A DNA stretch of 31,500 nt from Synergistales bacterium Syner_01 (lineage in GTDB: Bacteria > Synergistota > Synergistia > Synergistales > Aminobacteriaceae): positions 1-31,500 of the forward strand of contig LVBO01000142.1 of the NCBI GenBank assembly GCA_001604435.1. Reading direction: 5' to 3'. Below the pieces are notes generated by a model. That model ran no database searches. It was given only the letters and a program-made list of their open reading frames with translations, and was not told the origin of the DNA. Positions 8,324 to 18,334 of this stretch are shown piece after piece. Within the stretch, counting starts at the first letter, position 1. Every line of letters begins with the position of its first letter. Position numbers and translations under genes: made by a program.

Positions 8324-9199
8324 TTATTCCCCGGACTCCTTTGAAGCGAGGTAGATGCCCGCAAGGATGAGCCCTCCTCCGAGGACCTTGACGAGCGTGA
8401 TCGGTTCCCCGAGGAAAAGGGCGGCGAGCAGCGAACTCCCCACGGGCTCCCCCAGCAGGCAGAGCGCGACGGTTCCGCCCGTCAGCCAGCGGAGCGCCCA
8501 GTTGTAGCTCGAGTGCCCCAGCAGCTGCGGCACGAGCGCCATAAGGAAGAACGCGCTCCACGTTCCTGTCGAGTAGCCGGCGACGGGGAGACCGAAGGCG
8601 AGCACGACGATCCAGAGGACGACGGCCGCCGTGCCGTAGTTCAGCGTCACGTAGCTCCCCAACGAGATGCGCGGCCTGACCTTCCGGCCGAAGAGGATGT
8701 ACAGGGCGGCGAAGAAGCTCCCCTGGAGCGCGAGGAAGTTCCCCCACAGCGCGGACCACCCCAGCGCGAAGTCGCCCCAGCTGATGACGACGGCTCCGGG
8801 AAGCGCCAGCAGCAGTCCCTTCTTCAGCGACGGGGAGAACGGGTCTCCCGTCAGGAAGGGCGAGAGCAGCCCCGTCCACAGAGGAATCGCGTTCACGATG
8901 ACCACGCTGCTGGCTACGGAGGTGTAAAAGAGCGAAGAGATCCACGTGGCGAAGTGGAGCGCGAGGAAGACGCCCGAGGCGACGCCGCGTAGAATGTCGC
9001 TCCTGTCGAGCGAGGCGATCTCGCGCACCGCCCGCCGCGCCGTGAAGGGGAGCAGAAAGAGCGTCGCCAATCCGACTCTGTAGGCGGCGATGACGAGCGG
9101 GGGCGCTTCGGCCATCCGTGCGAAGATGGCGCCGGTCGAAATCGCGAAGACCCCCAGCGAAAGGACGAACCACGGCGAAACGGGCGGCCTGTCGGTCAT
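8324..9199 (-). CDS. DMT/EamA family transporter
   Basis: About 10 hydrophobic segments in two EamA repeats (FLALHFATWISSL; PQLLGHSSYNWAL; LGEPV). Confidence 0.9.
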   Translation of the reverse strand: MTDRPPVSPWFVLSLGVFAISTGAIFARMAEAPPLVIAAYRVGLATLFLLPFTARRAVREIASLDRSDILRGVASGVFLALHFATWISSLFYTSVASSVVIVNAIPLWTGLLSPFLTGDPFSPSLKKGLLLALPGAVVISWGDFALGWSALWGNFLALQGSFFAALYILFGRKVRPRISLGSYVTLNYGTAAVVLWIVVLAFGLPVAGYSTGTWSAFFLMALVPQLLGHSSYNWALRWLTGGTVALCLLGEPVGSSLLAALFLGEPITLVKVLGGGLILAGIYLASKESGE

Positions 9200-9206
9200 G
9201 GCGCGC

Positions 9207-10232
9207 CTACTCCTTCGCGTTCCGGTGTTCGAGGTAGAGTTCGTAGTGCTTCTTCAGCATCGCCGGAATCGGCAGCGTGTAGGGGCAGCGGCCGACGCAG
9301 ACGCCGCACTCCGTACAGTTGGGGACGGTGTCCAGGTTCGCCGCCGCGAAGTTGGAGGCCACCTTCGCGGACATCCGGCTCGCCAACAGGGGGTAGATCA
9401 TGCTGCCGGTGATGGCGACGCCGAAGGGACAGGGCTGGCAGTACTCGCACCGGCGGCAGAACTCTCCGCCGAGCTCGGCCTTCACACGCGCCATCTCCTC
9501 GAAGTCCTTTTCGGAGGAGCTGTTCTGCACGTCGTAGAACGAGACGACCTGCTCCACCGACTCCACCGAGTCGTACCCCGGAATCGGGAAGAGGTCCGCG
9601 TGGGAGCGCAGGAATTTGAATGCCAGCGCGGCGTCCGTGATCGCGCCGCCCGCGAAGGGCTTCATGCCGATGATGGCCACGCCGAGTTCGCGCGCGAGTG
9701 GGTGCAGTTCGTCGGCCGCCTCGGTCTCGATGAAGTTGAAGGGGAACTGGATGGAGATGAAGTCCCCGGTCCGGATCAGCTTCATCGCCATCGGGATGCT
9801 GTGCGACGTCACGCCGATGAAGCGGACCTTCCCGGCCTGCTGCGCCGCGAGCGCAGCTTCCATCGCGCCGCCGGGCGCGTAGATCGCCTCCCGATCCTTC
9901 TCTTGGGCGACCTGATGGAACTGGAAAAGATCGACATAGTCCGTCTTCAGGCGTTTCAGGCTCAGGTCGATATGCTCCGCGACGCTCTTCCCGTCGCGCT
10001 TCATGCTCTTGGTGGCCAGGAAAATCTTGTCGCGGACCGGGGAGAGCGCCCGTCCGATCTTCTCTTCGCTGTCGTGATACAGGTTCGCCGTGTCGAAAAG
10101 CGTGATCCCCCTGTCGAATGCCGTCCTGAGCACCCGCTCGGCCTCGTCGAACGTGAGGCGGATGACGGGAATGGCTCCGAAACCGAGTTCGGAGACGGTG
10201 ACGCCGGTCTTGCCGAACGGAAGATACTTCAT
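9207..10232 (-). CDS. Aldo/keto reductase with C-terminal 4Fe-4S dicluster domain
   Basis: GKTGVTVSELGFG, FDTANLY, LATK, DYVDLFQFH; CRRCEYCQPCP and CTECGVCVGRCP; start at ATG10232 with AAGGAG SD, not 11009. Confidence 0.92.
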   Translation of the reverse strand: MKYLPFGKTGVTVSELGFGAIPVIRLTFDEAERVLRTAFDRGITLFDTANLYHDSEEKIGRALSPVRDKIFLATKSMKRDGKSVAEHIDLSLKRLKTDYVDLFQFHQVAQEKDREAIYAPGGAMEAALAAQQAGKVRFIGVTSHSIPMAMKLIRTGDFISIQFPFNFIETEAADELHPLARELGVAIIGMKPFAGGAITDAALAFKFLRSHADLFPIPGYDSVESVEQVVSFYDVQNSSSEKDFEEMARVKAELGGEFCRRCEYCQPCPFGVAITGSMIYPLLASRMSAKVASNFAAANLDTVPNCTECGVCVGRCPYTLPIPAMLKKHYELYLEHRNAKE

Positions 10233-10343
10233 GGGTGTCAGCTCCTTCATGCAGAATGTTTTTCCGATGCTTTCGCCGTCAAGAATACCAGAGAACGGGG
10301 GAGTTCGAAAGAGCGCACCGAGAAGCTCGTAGCGGTTTTTTTC

Positions 10344-10372
10344 TTGAAGCTTCAGGATGCTCGTGATAAAGT
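10344..10372 (+). promoter_or_regulatory. Probable sigma70 promoter for AlkD-like gene
   Basis: TTGAAG-17nt-TAAAGT with TGn extended -10. Confidence 0.45.
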
Positions 10373-10418
10373 TTTCCTGAGAATGTACGTCGAAAAATAC
10401 GGAAAGAGAGTGATCTCC

Positions 10419-11129
10419 ATGGATCCCGTGATCGAGGAACTCCGAAAAGAATTCGCGGCGCTCGGCGACGAGGAGATCCGCCGGAGCGGCCGGCGTTTCT
10501 TCAAGGAGAGCGTGAACCTGTACGGCATAAAGACCGCCGTCGGCACGAAGATGGCCAAAGAGTATTTTAAAAAGCTCAAGGGAAGGGCGAAAGCGGATAT
10601 TTTCGCTCTTTGCGAGGAACTCTGGAAATCCGGTATGATGGAAGAGTCGTTCGTCGCCTGCAACTGGTCGTACGCCCTCCGGAAGGAGTACGCCGAAGAA
10701 GACTTCGCCGTCTTCGAGCGTTGGGTTTTCGAGTACGTCGGCAACTGGGCCTCCTGCGACACACTCTGCAACCACACCGTCGGCGCATTCATCGAGACTT
10801 TCCCGCAGTATGTGGAGCGGCTGAAGGAGTGGACGGCCTCGGAGAACCGGTGGGTCCGCAGGGCGTCGGCCGTTTCGCTGATCGTTCCCGCGCGGAACGG
10901 ACTCTTCCTCGACGACGTCTTCGACATCGCCGAGAGGCTTCTGCCCGACGCCGACGACCTCGTGCGGAAGGGGTACGGATGGCTGCTCAAGGCAAGCTGC
11001 GAAAAACACGAGGACGAGGTCTACCGCTATGTTCTGAGCAGAAAGGACGTCATGCCGAGGACCGCGCTGCGCTATGCGATAGAAAAGATGCCTCCGGAGA
11101 AAAAGAGAGAGGCGATGAAACGGTCGTAA
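10419..11129 (+). CDS. DNA alkylation repair protein (AlkD-like HEAT-repeat glycosylase)
   Basis: NWASCDTLC, ENRWVRRAS, DDLVRKGYGWLLK, MPRTALRYAIEK; start at ATG10419 inside the longer computed ORF. Confidence 0.9.
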   Translation: MDPVIEELRKEFAALGDEEIRRSGRRFFKESVNLYGIKTAVGTKMAKEYFKKLKGRAKADIFALCEELWKSGMMEESFVACNWSYALRKEYAEEDFAVFERWVFEYVGNWASCDTLCNHTVGAFIETFPQYVERLKEWTASENRWVRRASAVSLIVPARNGLFLDDVFDIAERLLPDADDLVRKGYGWLLKASCEKHEDEVYRYVLSRKDVMPRTALRYAIEKMPPEKKREAMKRS

Positions 11130-11284
11130 GCCGCATCACGGCATTTTCGGATCGTTGCGGCGTGCGGGGAAACGAGGCGAAGCGGCTGCATTGCGCAAAA
11201 AACAGTCTCTCTGCGACGGCGCCTCGTCGAGAGAATGAGAAAGCTCCTATGGAATGGAACTCGAAAGCGAGCTGGAAGAAGAGG

Positions 11285-13279
11285 ATGGAAAAACAACCGA
11301 CTGTTGCGGAATTGCAGAAGAGGATTGCGGAGCTGGAGGAGAGAGTGCACCGGGAGAAACTTGCGAAGGATGCGTTGCGGGAACAGGAGATGCGGTACCG
11401 CGCCATTGTCGATCAGGCGACGAGCGACGCCTTGCTGGTGCACGATTTTCAAGGGCGTTTTCTCGAGGTCAACCGGCGTGCGTGCGAGAGTCTCGGGTAC
11501 TCGAAGGAAGAGCTTCTTCGAATGTCCGTGACCGATGTAGAACTCGACTTCGATTTGCAGAGCGCTCAGGCGGAGTGGTCCAAAATCGAACCGGGAGTTC
11601 CCTATACCCTGTACGGGCATCAAAAACGTAAAGACGGCTCGGCCTTTCCTGTGGAAATCCATTTCGGCTGTTCGGAGTGGAACGGGGAGAAGCTCTTTCT
11701 CGGCCTGGTCCGCGATATTACGGAACGCAGAAGGACGGAAGAGGCCCTGCGCGAAAGCGAAGAGCGCTTCCGGAGCATCGTGGAAGGCGCTCCGGACGCC
11801 ATTTTCATACAGAGCGACAGAAGATTCGCCTACTTGAACCCTGCCGCATGCCGACTCTTCGGCGCCGCTTCGGCGGACGAACTGAAAGGGACGCTTGTTT
11901 TGGACCGCATCCACCCTCAGTATCATCAGGTGGTCGAGGAGAGAATGAGGTATTTGAACGAAGAACGCCGTTCGCTGCGCGAACGCGTCGAGTTGCGTTT
12001 CCTCCGGATGGATATGAGCGAAGTCTGGGTGGAAACCAGCGGGGAGCCCATTTTCTACCAGGGAAAACACGGGGCGCTCGGCTTCGCCCGAGATATCACC
12101 TGGCGAAAGCAGGCGGAAGAAGCCCTCCGTGAGAGCGACCGGCTGAAAACGGCGTTCCTCCAGAATATTTCGCACGAGATACGAACGCCGATGAACGGTA
12201 TCCTCGGCTTTCTCCGGTTGCTCGAGATGCCTGCGCTTGAAGACGACGAACGGAGCGAATACGTCCGTATCGTCAACCAGAGCGGACGAAGGCTCTTGAG
12301 CACGATCAACGACATCATCGAATTGTCCAGGATCGAGGCGGGGCGAACGGATGTGCGCATGGAAAGCGTCGACGTCGAGCAGGTCATGCGCTTTCATTTC
12401 AACTTCTTCGAGCCGCAGGCGGAGGAGAAGCGGCTTTTTCTTACGCTGGCGGAACACGTTCGCGGAGAGGATGCGCTGCTTCGCACCGACAAGAACAAAC
12501 TGGACAGTATTTTGAACAGTCTTCTGGGAAACGCGATAAAGTTCACCAGCAAGGGGGGCGTGGAGTTCGGCAACCGGATCGAAGGCTCCGAACTGGCCTT
12601 CTATGTGCGCGACAGCGGCGCGGGAATTCCCGAGGACCGCACCAAGGTGATCTTCGAGCGGTTCATGCAAGCCGATTCGAGCATCGCCCGGCCGTACGAA
12701 GGGTGCGGACTGGGGCTCACGATCGCGAAGGCCAACGTAGAATCCCTCGGCGGAAGGATACGGGTTAGTTCCGAACCGGGGAAGGGGAGTCTGTTCAGTT
12801 TTTCTATACCGTACCTACCGCTCTCCCCGGAGGCCTCCGTTCCCGAGGCGCCAGGATCGGATAAGAACGAAGAAGGCCCTCTCATCCTGATTGCCGAGGA
12901 CGATCCGATCAGCTTCCGCTTTATGGAATCGGTGTTGAAAAAAGCAGGGTACGCCCTGCTGCACGCCGTCGACGGGGAGGAGGCGCTGCGCGCCGCGAGC
13001 GAACATCCCGGCCTGGCGCTCGTCCTCATGGATCTCAAGATGCCGCGGATGAACGGCTTCGAGGCCACGCGGAGAATCAGGCGCATCGATAAAGACATTC
13101 CAATCATCGCGCAGAGCGCGTATGCATTTCCCGATGATCGCCAAAAAGCGCTGGAGGCCGGCTGCGACGACTACCTCGTCAAGCCCGTCGACAGGACCTT
13201 CCTGCTGAATATGGTGAAGCGCTACTGCGAGGAGAAAGGAGGAGGCGGGAAGGATGCGGCGGGAGAAAGAAGAACTTGA
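11285..13279 (+). CDS. Cytoplasmic hybrid sensor kinase (coiled coil-PAS-PAS-HisKA-HATPase-REC)
   Basis: Two PAS/PAC (…RDIT), H-box SHEIRTPMN, N-box NAIKFT, G boxes, REC (AEDD, LMDLKMP, YLVKP). Alternative start ATG11249. Confidence 0.93.
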   Translation: MEKQPTVAELQKRIAELEERVHREKLAKDALREQEMRYRAIVDQATSDALLVHDFQGRFLEVNRRACESLGYSKEELLRMSVTDVELDFDLQSAQAEWSKIEPGVPYTLYGHQKRKDGSAFPVEIHFGCSEWNGEKLFLGLVRDITERRRTEEALRESEERFRSIVEGAPDAIFIQSDRRFAYLNPAACRLFGAASADELKGTLVLDRIHPQYHQVVEERMRYLNEERRSLRERVELRFLRMDMSEVWVETSGEPIFYQGKHGALGFARDITWRKQAEEALRESDRLKTAFLQNISHEIRTPMNGILGFLRLLEMPALEDDERSEYVRIVNQSGRRLLSTINDIIELSRIEAGRTDVRMESVDVEQVMRFHFNFFEPQAEEKRLFLTLAEHVRGEDALLRTDKNKLDSILNSLLGNAIKFTSKGGVEFGNRIEGSELAFYVRDSGAGIPEDRTKVIFERFMQADSSIARPYEGCGLGLTIAKANVESLGGRIRVSSEPGKGSLFSFSIPYLPLSPEASVPEAPGSDKNEEGPLILIAEDDPISFRFMESVLKKAGYALLHAVDGEEALRAASEHPGLALVLMDLKMPRMNGFEATRRIRRIDKDIPIIAQSAYAFPDDRQKALEAGCDDYLVKPVDRTFLLNMVKRYCEEKGGGGKDAAGERRT

Positions 13280-15923
13280 AGCGCTCCGGTTGCGTGTCGC
13301 CGATCTGGAGCGCGCATTACGGAGAGGGTGTGCGTTCGTCGGAGTCGAAGACTGTTTCAGGGCGGCGTTCGAGTCCTCCGGCGTCGCGCAGTCGATCAAG
13401 TTGCTCACGGGAGAGATAACTATCAACAGAGCGTTCCGGGAGATGTTGGGCTATTCGGAGAACGATTGTCCTTCTTCTTTTTGGGAAGGGCTTACGGCTC
13501 CGGAGGACATCGAGTACAGCAGAAACAGGCTTGAGGCGCTTCTCGGCGGAGAAAGCGGTGCGGTACGCTATATCAAAAGGTATATCCATAAGAACGGCTC
13601 CTATGTTTGGGGGGACGTCAGTTTGACCCTCAGACGGAATGAAGAGGGGGAGCCGCTCTTCTTCATCGCCACGATCCTTGATATTTCCGAGAGGAGACGG
13701 GCGGAAGAAGCTTTACGGGAGAGCGAGGCCCGCTTGAAGCTGTTCATCGAACACGCTCCCGCGGCTCTGGCGATGTTCGACCGCCAACTGCGCTACCTTG
13801 CGGTCAGCAGACGCTGGATGAACGACTACGAACTGGGTGAACGGGATATCATCGGGGTTTCCGATTACGAGGTGTTTCCCGAAATCGACGAAAAATGGAA
13901 AGAGATACATCGTCGTGCGCTCTCGGGCGAGGTCGTCAAGGGCGATGACGATCCCTTTGAAAGAGCGGATGGCCGGGTGCAGTGGCTTCGGTGGGAGGCC
14001 CGCCCATGGTATGCGGGCAGTTCGAAAATCCAGGGGATCGTTGTCTTTACCGAGGACATCAGCGCAGTCAAACACGCGGAGTTCATGCAGCAGGAAAGTG
14101 AGGCAAAGTTTCGAAGCATTGTGGAAAATGCCCCGGATGCGATTTTCATCCAGACCGAAGGAAAGTTCGCGTATCTGAATCCTGCGGCATGCCGCCTTTT
14201 CGGAGCCTCGTCGCAGGAGGAGCTTCTGGGAACGCCTGTTCTGGAGCATGTCGATCCGCTCTTTCACGACGCGGTCCGCGGTCGTATCCGCAGACTGAAC
14301 GAAGATCGGCAGCCAGTGCGTGACTCCATGGAACAGCGGATGCTGCGGACGGATATGAGCGGGGTATGGGTGGAAACGACAGGGGAACCTTTCCTCTACA
14401 AGGGGAAGACGGGGGCGCTTGTCTTTGTTCGCGACATCACATGGCGGAAAGAAGCCCAGGCATCTCTCCGGGAGAGCGAAGAGCGCTTTCGCTGCATCTT
14501 CGAGGAAAATCTCTCCGTCATGTTCATCGTCGATCCTTCCACAGGCCGTTTCCTTGACGTGAACAAGGCATGCGTTGCGTTTTACGGATGGTCCAGAGAA
14601 GAGCTGCTGCGGATGCGAAGTCAGGATATCAATCTGTTGGGCGAGAGTTCTTTGCGGGAGATTCAAAAAGCGGCCGCCGGGGAGCATTCGTACTTCGAGT
14701 TCAGACATCGCCTGGCGGACGGGGGCATACGCGACGTGGAGGTCTTCACCAGCAGGATATCGGCGGGGGAGAAGCCTATTTTGTTTTGCATCGTCAACGA
14801 CATAACTTCCCGCAAGTCCGCGCAGCGCCAGGTGCGTCTTCTCGGAAGGGCCGTGGAACAGAATTCGGGCAGCATCATCATCACCGATGCCGAGCAGAGG
14901 ATAGAGTATGTCAACCCCGCATTCTCGCTTTCGACAGGCTATTCGGCTGACGAAGTGACCGGACGGCATGTCCGGGCGCTCAGATCGGAGGAGCACGGAG
15001 AGCTGTTCCACGAGGATGTATGGAAGACGCTCCTTTCGGGGCGCACTTGGAGGGGAGAGGTGCGGTCCCGAAAGAAGAGCGGCGAACTTTTCTGGGAGAA
15101 CGTCGTCATCTCGCCGATTCACGATGAAGGAATGTCGATATCGCATTTCATCGCGATCAAGGACGACATTACTGAGAAGAAACAGCTGATCGAGTCGCTC
15201 GTGCGGGCCAAGGAACGAGCGGAGGAGAGCGATCGCCTGAAAACGGCATTTTTGCAGAACATGTCGCACGAAATTCGAACACCGATGAACGGCATTCTCG
15301 GCTTCCTCGGTCTGTTGGACGAACCCGCCCTCGACGAGGATGAGCGGAGCGAATATATCCGGATAGTCAACTTCAGCGGTCAAAGACTTTTAAACACGAT
15401 CAACGACATCATCGAAATATCGAGAATAGAGTCCGGGGAGGTTTCTCTCCATATCGAGGAAGTCGATGTCGAACAGATGATGCGCTATCATCGGGATTTG
15501 TTCAGCCTGCAAGCTCAGGAAAAGGGTATCGGACTGACGCCGGCCGAATATCTCGTCGGCGACGCCGCGATCATCCGTACCGACAAGAACAAGCTGTACA
15601 GCACGCTGTCCAATCTTTTGGGCAATGCGGTCAAGTTCACGTGCAAGGGAGGCGTGGAGTTCGGCAATCGCCTCGAAGGGCAGAATCTGATTTTCTATGT
15701 GAAGGATACAGGGATCGGAATTCCGGAGCATCGACTGGGCGCCGTCTTCGAGCGTTTTATGCAGGCCGATCAGAGCAGCACCCGGCCGTACGAAGGCTCC
15801 GGACTGGGGCTCACCATCGCGAAGGCCAATGTGGAGGCGCTTGGAGGGCGCATTCGGGTTGTTTCCGAAGAGGGGAAGGGGAGCGTGTTCAGCTTCTCGA
15901 TACCGTACATTCGAATCTCGTGA
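13254..15923 (+). CDS. Cytoplasmic multi-PAS sensor histidine kinase (5 PAS-HisKA-HATPase)
   Basis: Five PAS/PAC units, SHEIRTPMN, NAVKFT, DTGIGI, GSGLGL; strong SD; overlaps upstream kinase by 26 nt. Confidence 0.93.
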   Translation: MRREKEELEALRLRVADLERALRRGCAFVGVEDCFRAAFESSGVAQSIKLLTGEITINRAFREMLGYSENDCPSSFWEGLTAPEDIEYSRNRLEALLGGESGAVRYIKRYIHKNGSYVWGDVSLTLRRNEEGEPLFFIATILDISERRRAEEALRESEARLKLFIEHAPAALAMFDRQLRYLAVSRRWMNDYELGERDIIGVSDYEVFPEIDEKWKEIHRRALSGEVVKGDDDPFERADGRVQWLRWEARPWYAGSSKIQGIVVFTEDISAVKHAEFMQQESEAKFRSIVENAPDAIFIQTEGKFAYLNPAACRLFGASSQEELLGTPVLEHVDPLFHDAVRGRIRRLNEDRQPVRDSMEQRMLRTDMSGVWVETTGEPFLYKGKTGALVFVRDITWRKEAQASLRESEERFRCIFEENLSVMFIVDPSTGRFLDVNKACVAFYGWSREELLRMRSQDINLLGESSLREIQKAAAGEHSYFEFRHRLADGGIRDVEVFTSRISAGEKPILFCIVNDITSRKSAQRQVRLLGRAVEQNSGSIIITDAEQRIEYVNPAFSLSTGYSADEVTGRHVRALRSEEHGELFHEDVWKTLLSGRTWRGEVRSRKKSGELFWENVVISPIHDEGMSISHFIAIKDDITEKKQLIESLVRAKERAEESDRLKTAFLQNMSHEIRTPMNGILGFLGLLDEPALDEDERSEYIRIVNFSGQRLLNTINDIIEISRIESGEVSLHIEEVDVEQMMRYHRDLFSLQAQEKGIGLTPAEYLVGDAAIIRTDKNKLYSTLSNLLGNAVKFTCKGGVEFGNRLEGQNLIFYVKDTGIGIPEHRLGAVFERFMQADQSSTRPYEGSGLGLTIAKANVEALGGRIRVVSEEGKGSVFSFSIPYIRIS

Positions 15924-16009
15924 CGAGGTCTTCGGCGATACATGCACGTTGATCGAAAACGACGTTCTTTGTTCCTTGCGAATGTCCTGCCGCCGGTTGA
16001 ATTCAGTCC

Positions 16010-17095
16010 TCAGAAGATGACGGCGAAGAGGAAGGGGAGCACCATCAGAATGCTCAGCAGCCTGACGGTCTGCAGAATGCTCACCTTCAACGGATCGGCG
16101 CCCATCTCCTCCGAGATGATGGACATCTGCGAGAGTCCTCCAAGCGAGGAGGAGAGAAGGCAGGTGGGGTAGTCCCACCCCGTCATCCTGTGGAGAAGCA
16201 CTCCGAGGAGGATGCTGCAGAGAAGCATGATCGCGGTGAGCGCGACGACAGGCAACCAGAGCATGCCGAACTGGTGCAGAGTAGGGATGGTGATGTTGGA
16301 GGCGATGATGATGCCGATGCCGATCTGGGCGACCGTCCGCAGTATAGAAGGCATCGGCGGAAGCTCTCCGCGGAGAAGATTCACCGCCGCAACCGCGAAC
16401 ATCGCGCCTGTGAGGATGCCGACAGGCAGCCGAAGAACGTACCCCGTAATGCCTCCGGCAAGCGCCGCGGCGAGCAGCACCACATACCCCTTCGCCGAGG
16501 GGGCCGCAACCGGTCCGAGCGGAGCAGGCTCGCCGTCTTCGGCAACGGGCGGCTCCACACGCAGCGGCGACGGCGACGGAAAACGGCTCCGCTCGCGACG
16601 GCCGAAGCGCTTCGTCCATACGCGGCAGACTACCGGAGTGATCAGGATCGCCGAGAGCAGGCGGAATACCTGGAGCAGCGTCACGCTTGCGACGTCCGCG
16701 CCAAGCGACATGGAGAGAAGCGCCATCTCCGCAATCCCTCCCGCCGTCGAGCCGAGGAACGCCGTCTGCGGGGAGAGGTCGCTCATCATGTACAGCGCGC
16801 CGCCTCCCAGCAGAGAGAGAATGAGCATGCTCAGAGAGACGACGAGGGCCGGGACGGGAAGCTCGCGGAGAAATGCGAGCGATTTTCTGTTTACCCGCAA
16901 GCCGACATAGCAGCCGATCACAAGATTGCTGTAGCGGGAGATCCACTGCAGATGCGTCTCGGGGAAAAAGCCCGCCAGGTTGAGGGCGCTCGCGAAGAAG
17001 AGCGAACCGAGGATCGCCGGAACAGGCAGAGAGAGTCTTTTAAAGATCAGGCAGCCGGCGGCGCCGACCGAAAAAAGCAGAAGAAACGCTGTCAT
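16010..17095 (-). CDS. AbrB-family (putative ammonia monooxygenase-like) membrane protein
   Basis: Two homologous hydrophobic halves with GSTAGGIAEM / SSSLGGLSQM and LQVFRL / LQTVRL motifs. Confidence 0.87.
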   Translation of the reverse strand: MTAFLLLFSVGAAGCLIFKRLSLPVPAILGSLFFASALNLAGFFPETHLQWISRYSNLVIGCYVGLRVNRKSLAFLRELPVPALVVSLSMLILSLLGGGALYMMSDLSPQTAFLGSTAGGIAEMALLSMSLGADVASVTLLQVFRLLSAILITPVVCRVWTKRFGRRERSRFPSPSPLRVEPPVAEDGEPAPLGPVAAPSAKGYVVLLAAALAGGITGYVLRLPVGILTGAMFAVAAVNLLRGELPPMPSILRTVAQIGIGIIIASNITIPTLHQFGMLWLPVVALTAIMLLCSILLGVLLHRMTGWDYPTCLLSSSLGGLSQMSIISEEMGADPLKVSILQTVRLLSILMVLPFLFAVIF

Positions 17096-17134
17096 GAGAA
17101 CGAATACAAACCTCCGAACCGCACGGTGCGAGTT

Positions 17135-17416
17135 TTAGTGATGACGAATAGCGAACGTGCTTTCGTCTTCCTTCGGCGGCGTCTCCAGCACGACCAGTCG
17201 GGCGACGGCGGCTGTCGACGGCCCCTTGCGGAGCCACCGCTCCATCTTTTCCATCGCCTCCCGCTCGCCCTGCGCGTGCACTTCGACCGCGCCGTCGGGC
17301 AGATTCCGGACCCATCCGGTCACGCCGAGTTTGAGCGCCATCCTCGCCGCTGAGTGGCGGAACCCGACGCCCTGTACCGTTCCCATGACGAGAAAGCGCT
17401 TGCGAACCAACGTCAT
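17135..17416 (-). CDS. acyP: Acylphosphatase
   Basis: GTVQGVGFR and GWVRNLPDGAVE signatures. Confidence 0.95.
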   Translation of the reverse strand: MTLVRKRFLVMGTVQGVGFRHSAARMALKLGVTGWVRNLPDGAVEVHAQGEREAMEKMERWLRKGPSTAAVARLVVLETPPKEDESTFAIRHH

Positions 17417-18330
17417 GCTCGTGCGACCGACAGTCCTTCGATGCGTTCGATTCTGGATTCCAGTGACGGGTGCGTGCTGAAGAGACTGTCCCTTCCTTTT
17501 TTATTCTTCCTGAGGGGGTTGACGATGTACAGATGCTGCGTCCCCCGGCTGGCGCCTTCGAGTTCGTTCGGGTCGCTCGTCAACTTTCTCAGGGCTGACG
17601 CCAACCCCGCAGGGTTCCGCGTCAGCTCGACCGCCGAGGCGTCCGCGAGGTACTCCCGCTGACGGCTGACCGCGAGCTGGATGATCGAGGCCAAGAGCGG
17701 CGCCAGAATCGCGAGCACGAGCGCCACGACCGCCATCACCGCCTGTCCCTTCCCCCCGTCGCTTGAACGGCTGCTGCGGCGTCGTCCGAAGAAGACGCTG
17801 CGCATGACCACATCGCAGATAAGCACGATCGAACCGACCATCACCGCCATCAGCATCGCGAAGCGGATGTCGTAATTCCGCACGTGCGACATCTCGTGCG
17901 CCATGACTGCCTGAAGCTCCTCGCGATTCAGCTTTTCCATCAGTCCGCGCGTGATCGCCACGCTCGCGTGCTGCGGATCGCGTCCAGTCGCGAAGGCGTT
18001 CATCGCGCCGTCCTCGATCATGTACACCTTCGGCATCGGGAGACCGGCTGCGATGGAGAGCTCCTCCACGACGTTCCAGAGCTGCGGGGCGTCTTCGTGA
18101 CGAATCTCCCTCGCGCCGCTCATCGAGAGGATCATGGACGCGCCCGCATACCACGAGATCAGAAAATAGATCACCGCGACCGCCGAGGCGACGATAAGCC
18201 CCGTGTACCACTCGCCTCCCCACCAGACGCCGACGGAGGCGCCCAGCCCGCCGAGCAGCAGCAGAAGCAAAAAGAAGAGAAGATAGCTCAGACGCTTGTT
18301 ATGCTCGATAAGCCCCTCGAAGCTGACCAT
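17413..18330 (-). CDS. htpX: HtpX-like M48 zinc metalloprotease
   Basis: NAFATG, HEMSH zinc motif, SRQREYLADA, FSTHP; N-terminal TM segments. Confidence 0.93.
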   Translation of the reverse strand: MVSFEGLIEHNKRLSYLLFFLLLLLLGGLGASVGVWWGGEWYTGLIVASAVAVIYFLISWYAGASMILSMSGAREIRHEDAPQLWNVVEELSIAAGLPMPKVYMIEDGAMNAFATGRDPQHASVAITRGLMEKLNREELQAVMAHEMSHVRNYDIRFAMLMAVMVGSIVLICDVVMRSVFFGRRRSSRSSDGGKGQAVMAVVALVLAILAPLLASIIQLAVSRQREYLADASAVELTRNPAGLASALRKLTSDPNELEGASRGTQHLYIVNPLRKNKKGRDSLFSTHPSLESRIERIEGLSVARA

Positions 18331-18334
18331 ATTT

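Noticed and set aside
7176-9173. 665-aa minus-strand ORF and other long antisense or alternate-frame ORFs (1289-2755, 4917-6428, 11072-12670, 13713-15383, 16190-17353, 21508-22845, 25284-26330)
   Set aside because: They shadow well-supported genes, are Arg/Pro/Gly-rich with no motifs, and are expected in high-GC DNA
9090-11009. Long N-terminal extensions of the AKR (start 11009) and AlkD-like (start 9090) ORFs implying a large antiparallel overlap
   Set aside because: Recognisable domains start at 10232 and 10419 with plausible starts; the genes are simply divergent
4937-11129. mutY and AlkD-like genes as a DNA-repair cluster
   Set aside because: Separated by three unrelated genes in different transcription units; probably coincidental
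11130-11284. Leader of the sensor kinases checked for a c-di-GMP or other riboswitch
   Set aside because: No GEMM tetraloop/receptor or other aptamer core motifs recognised
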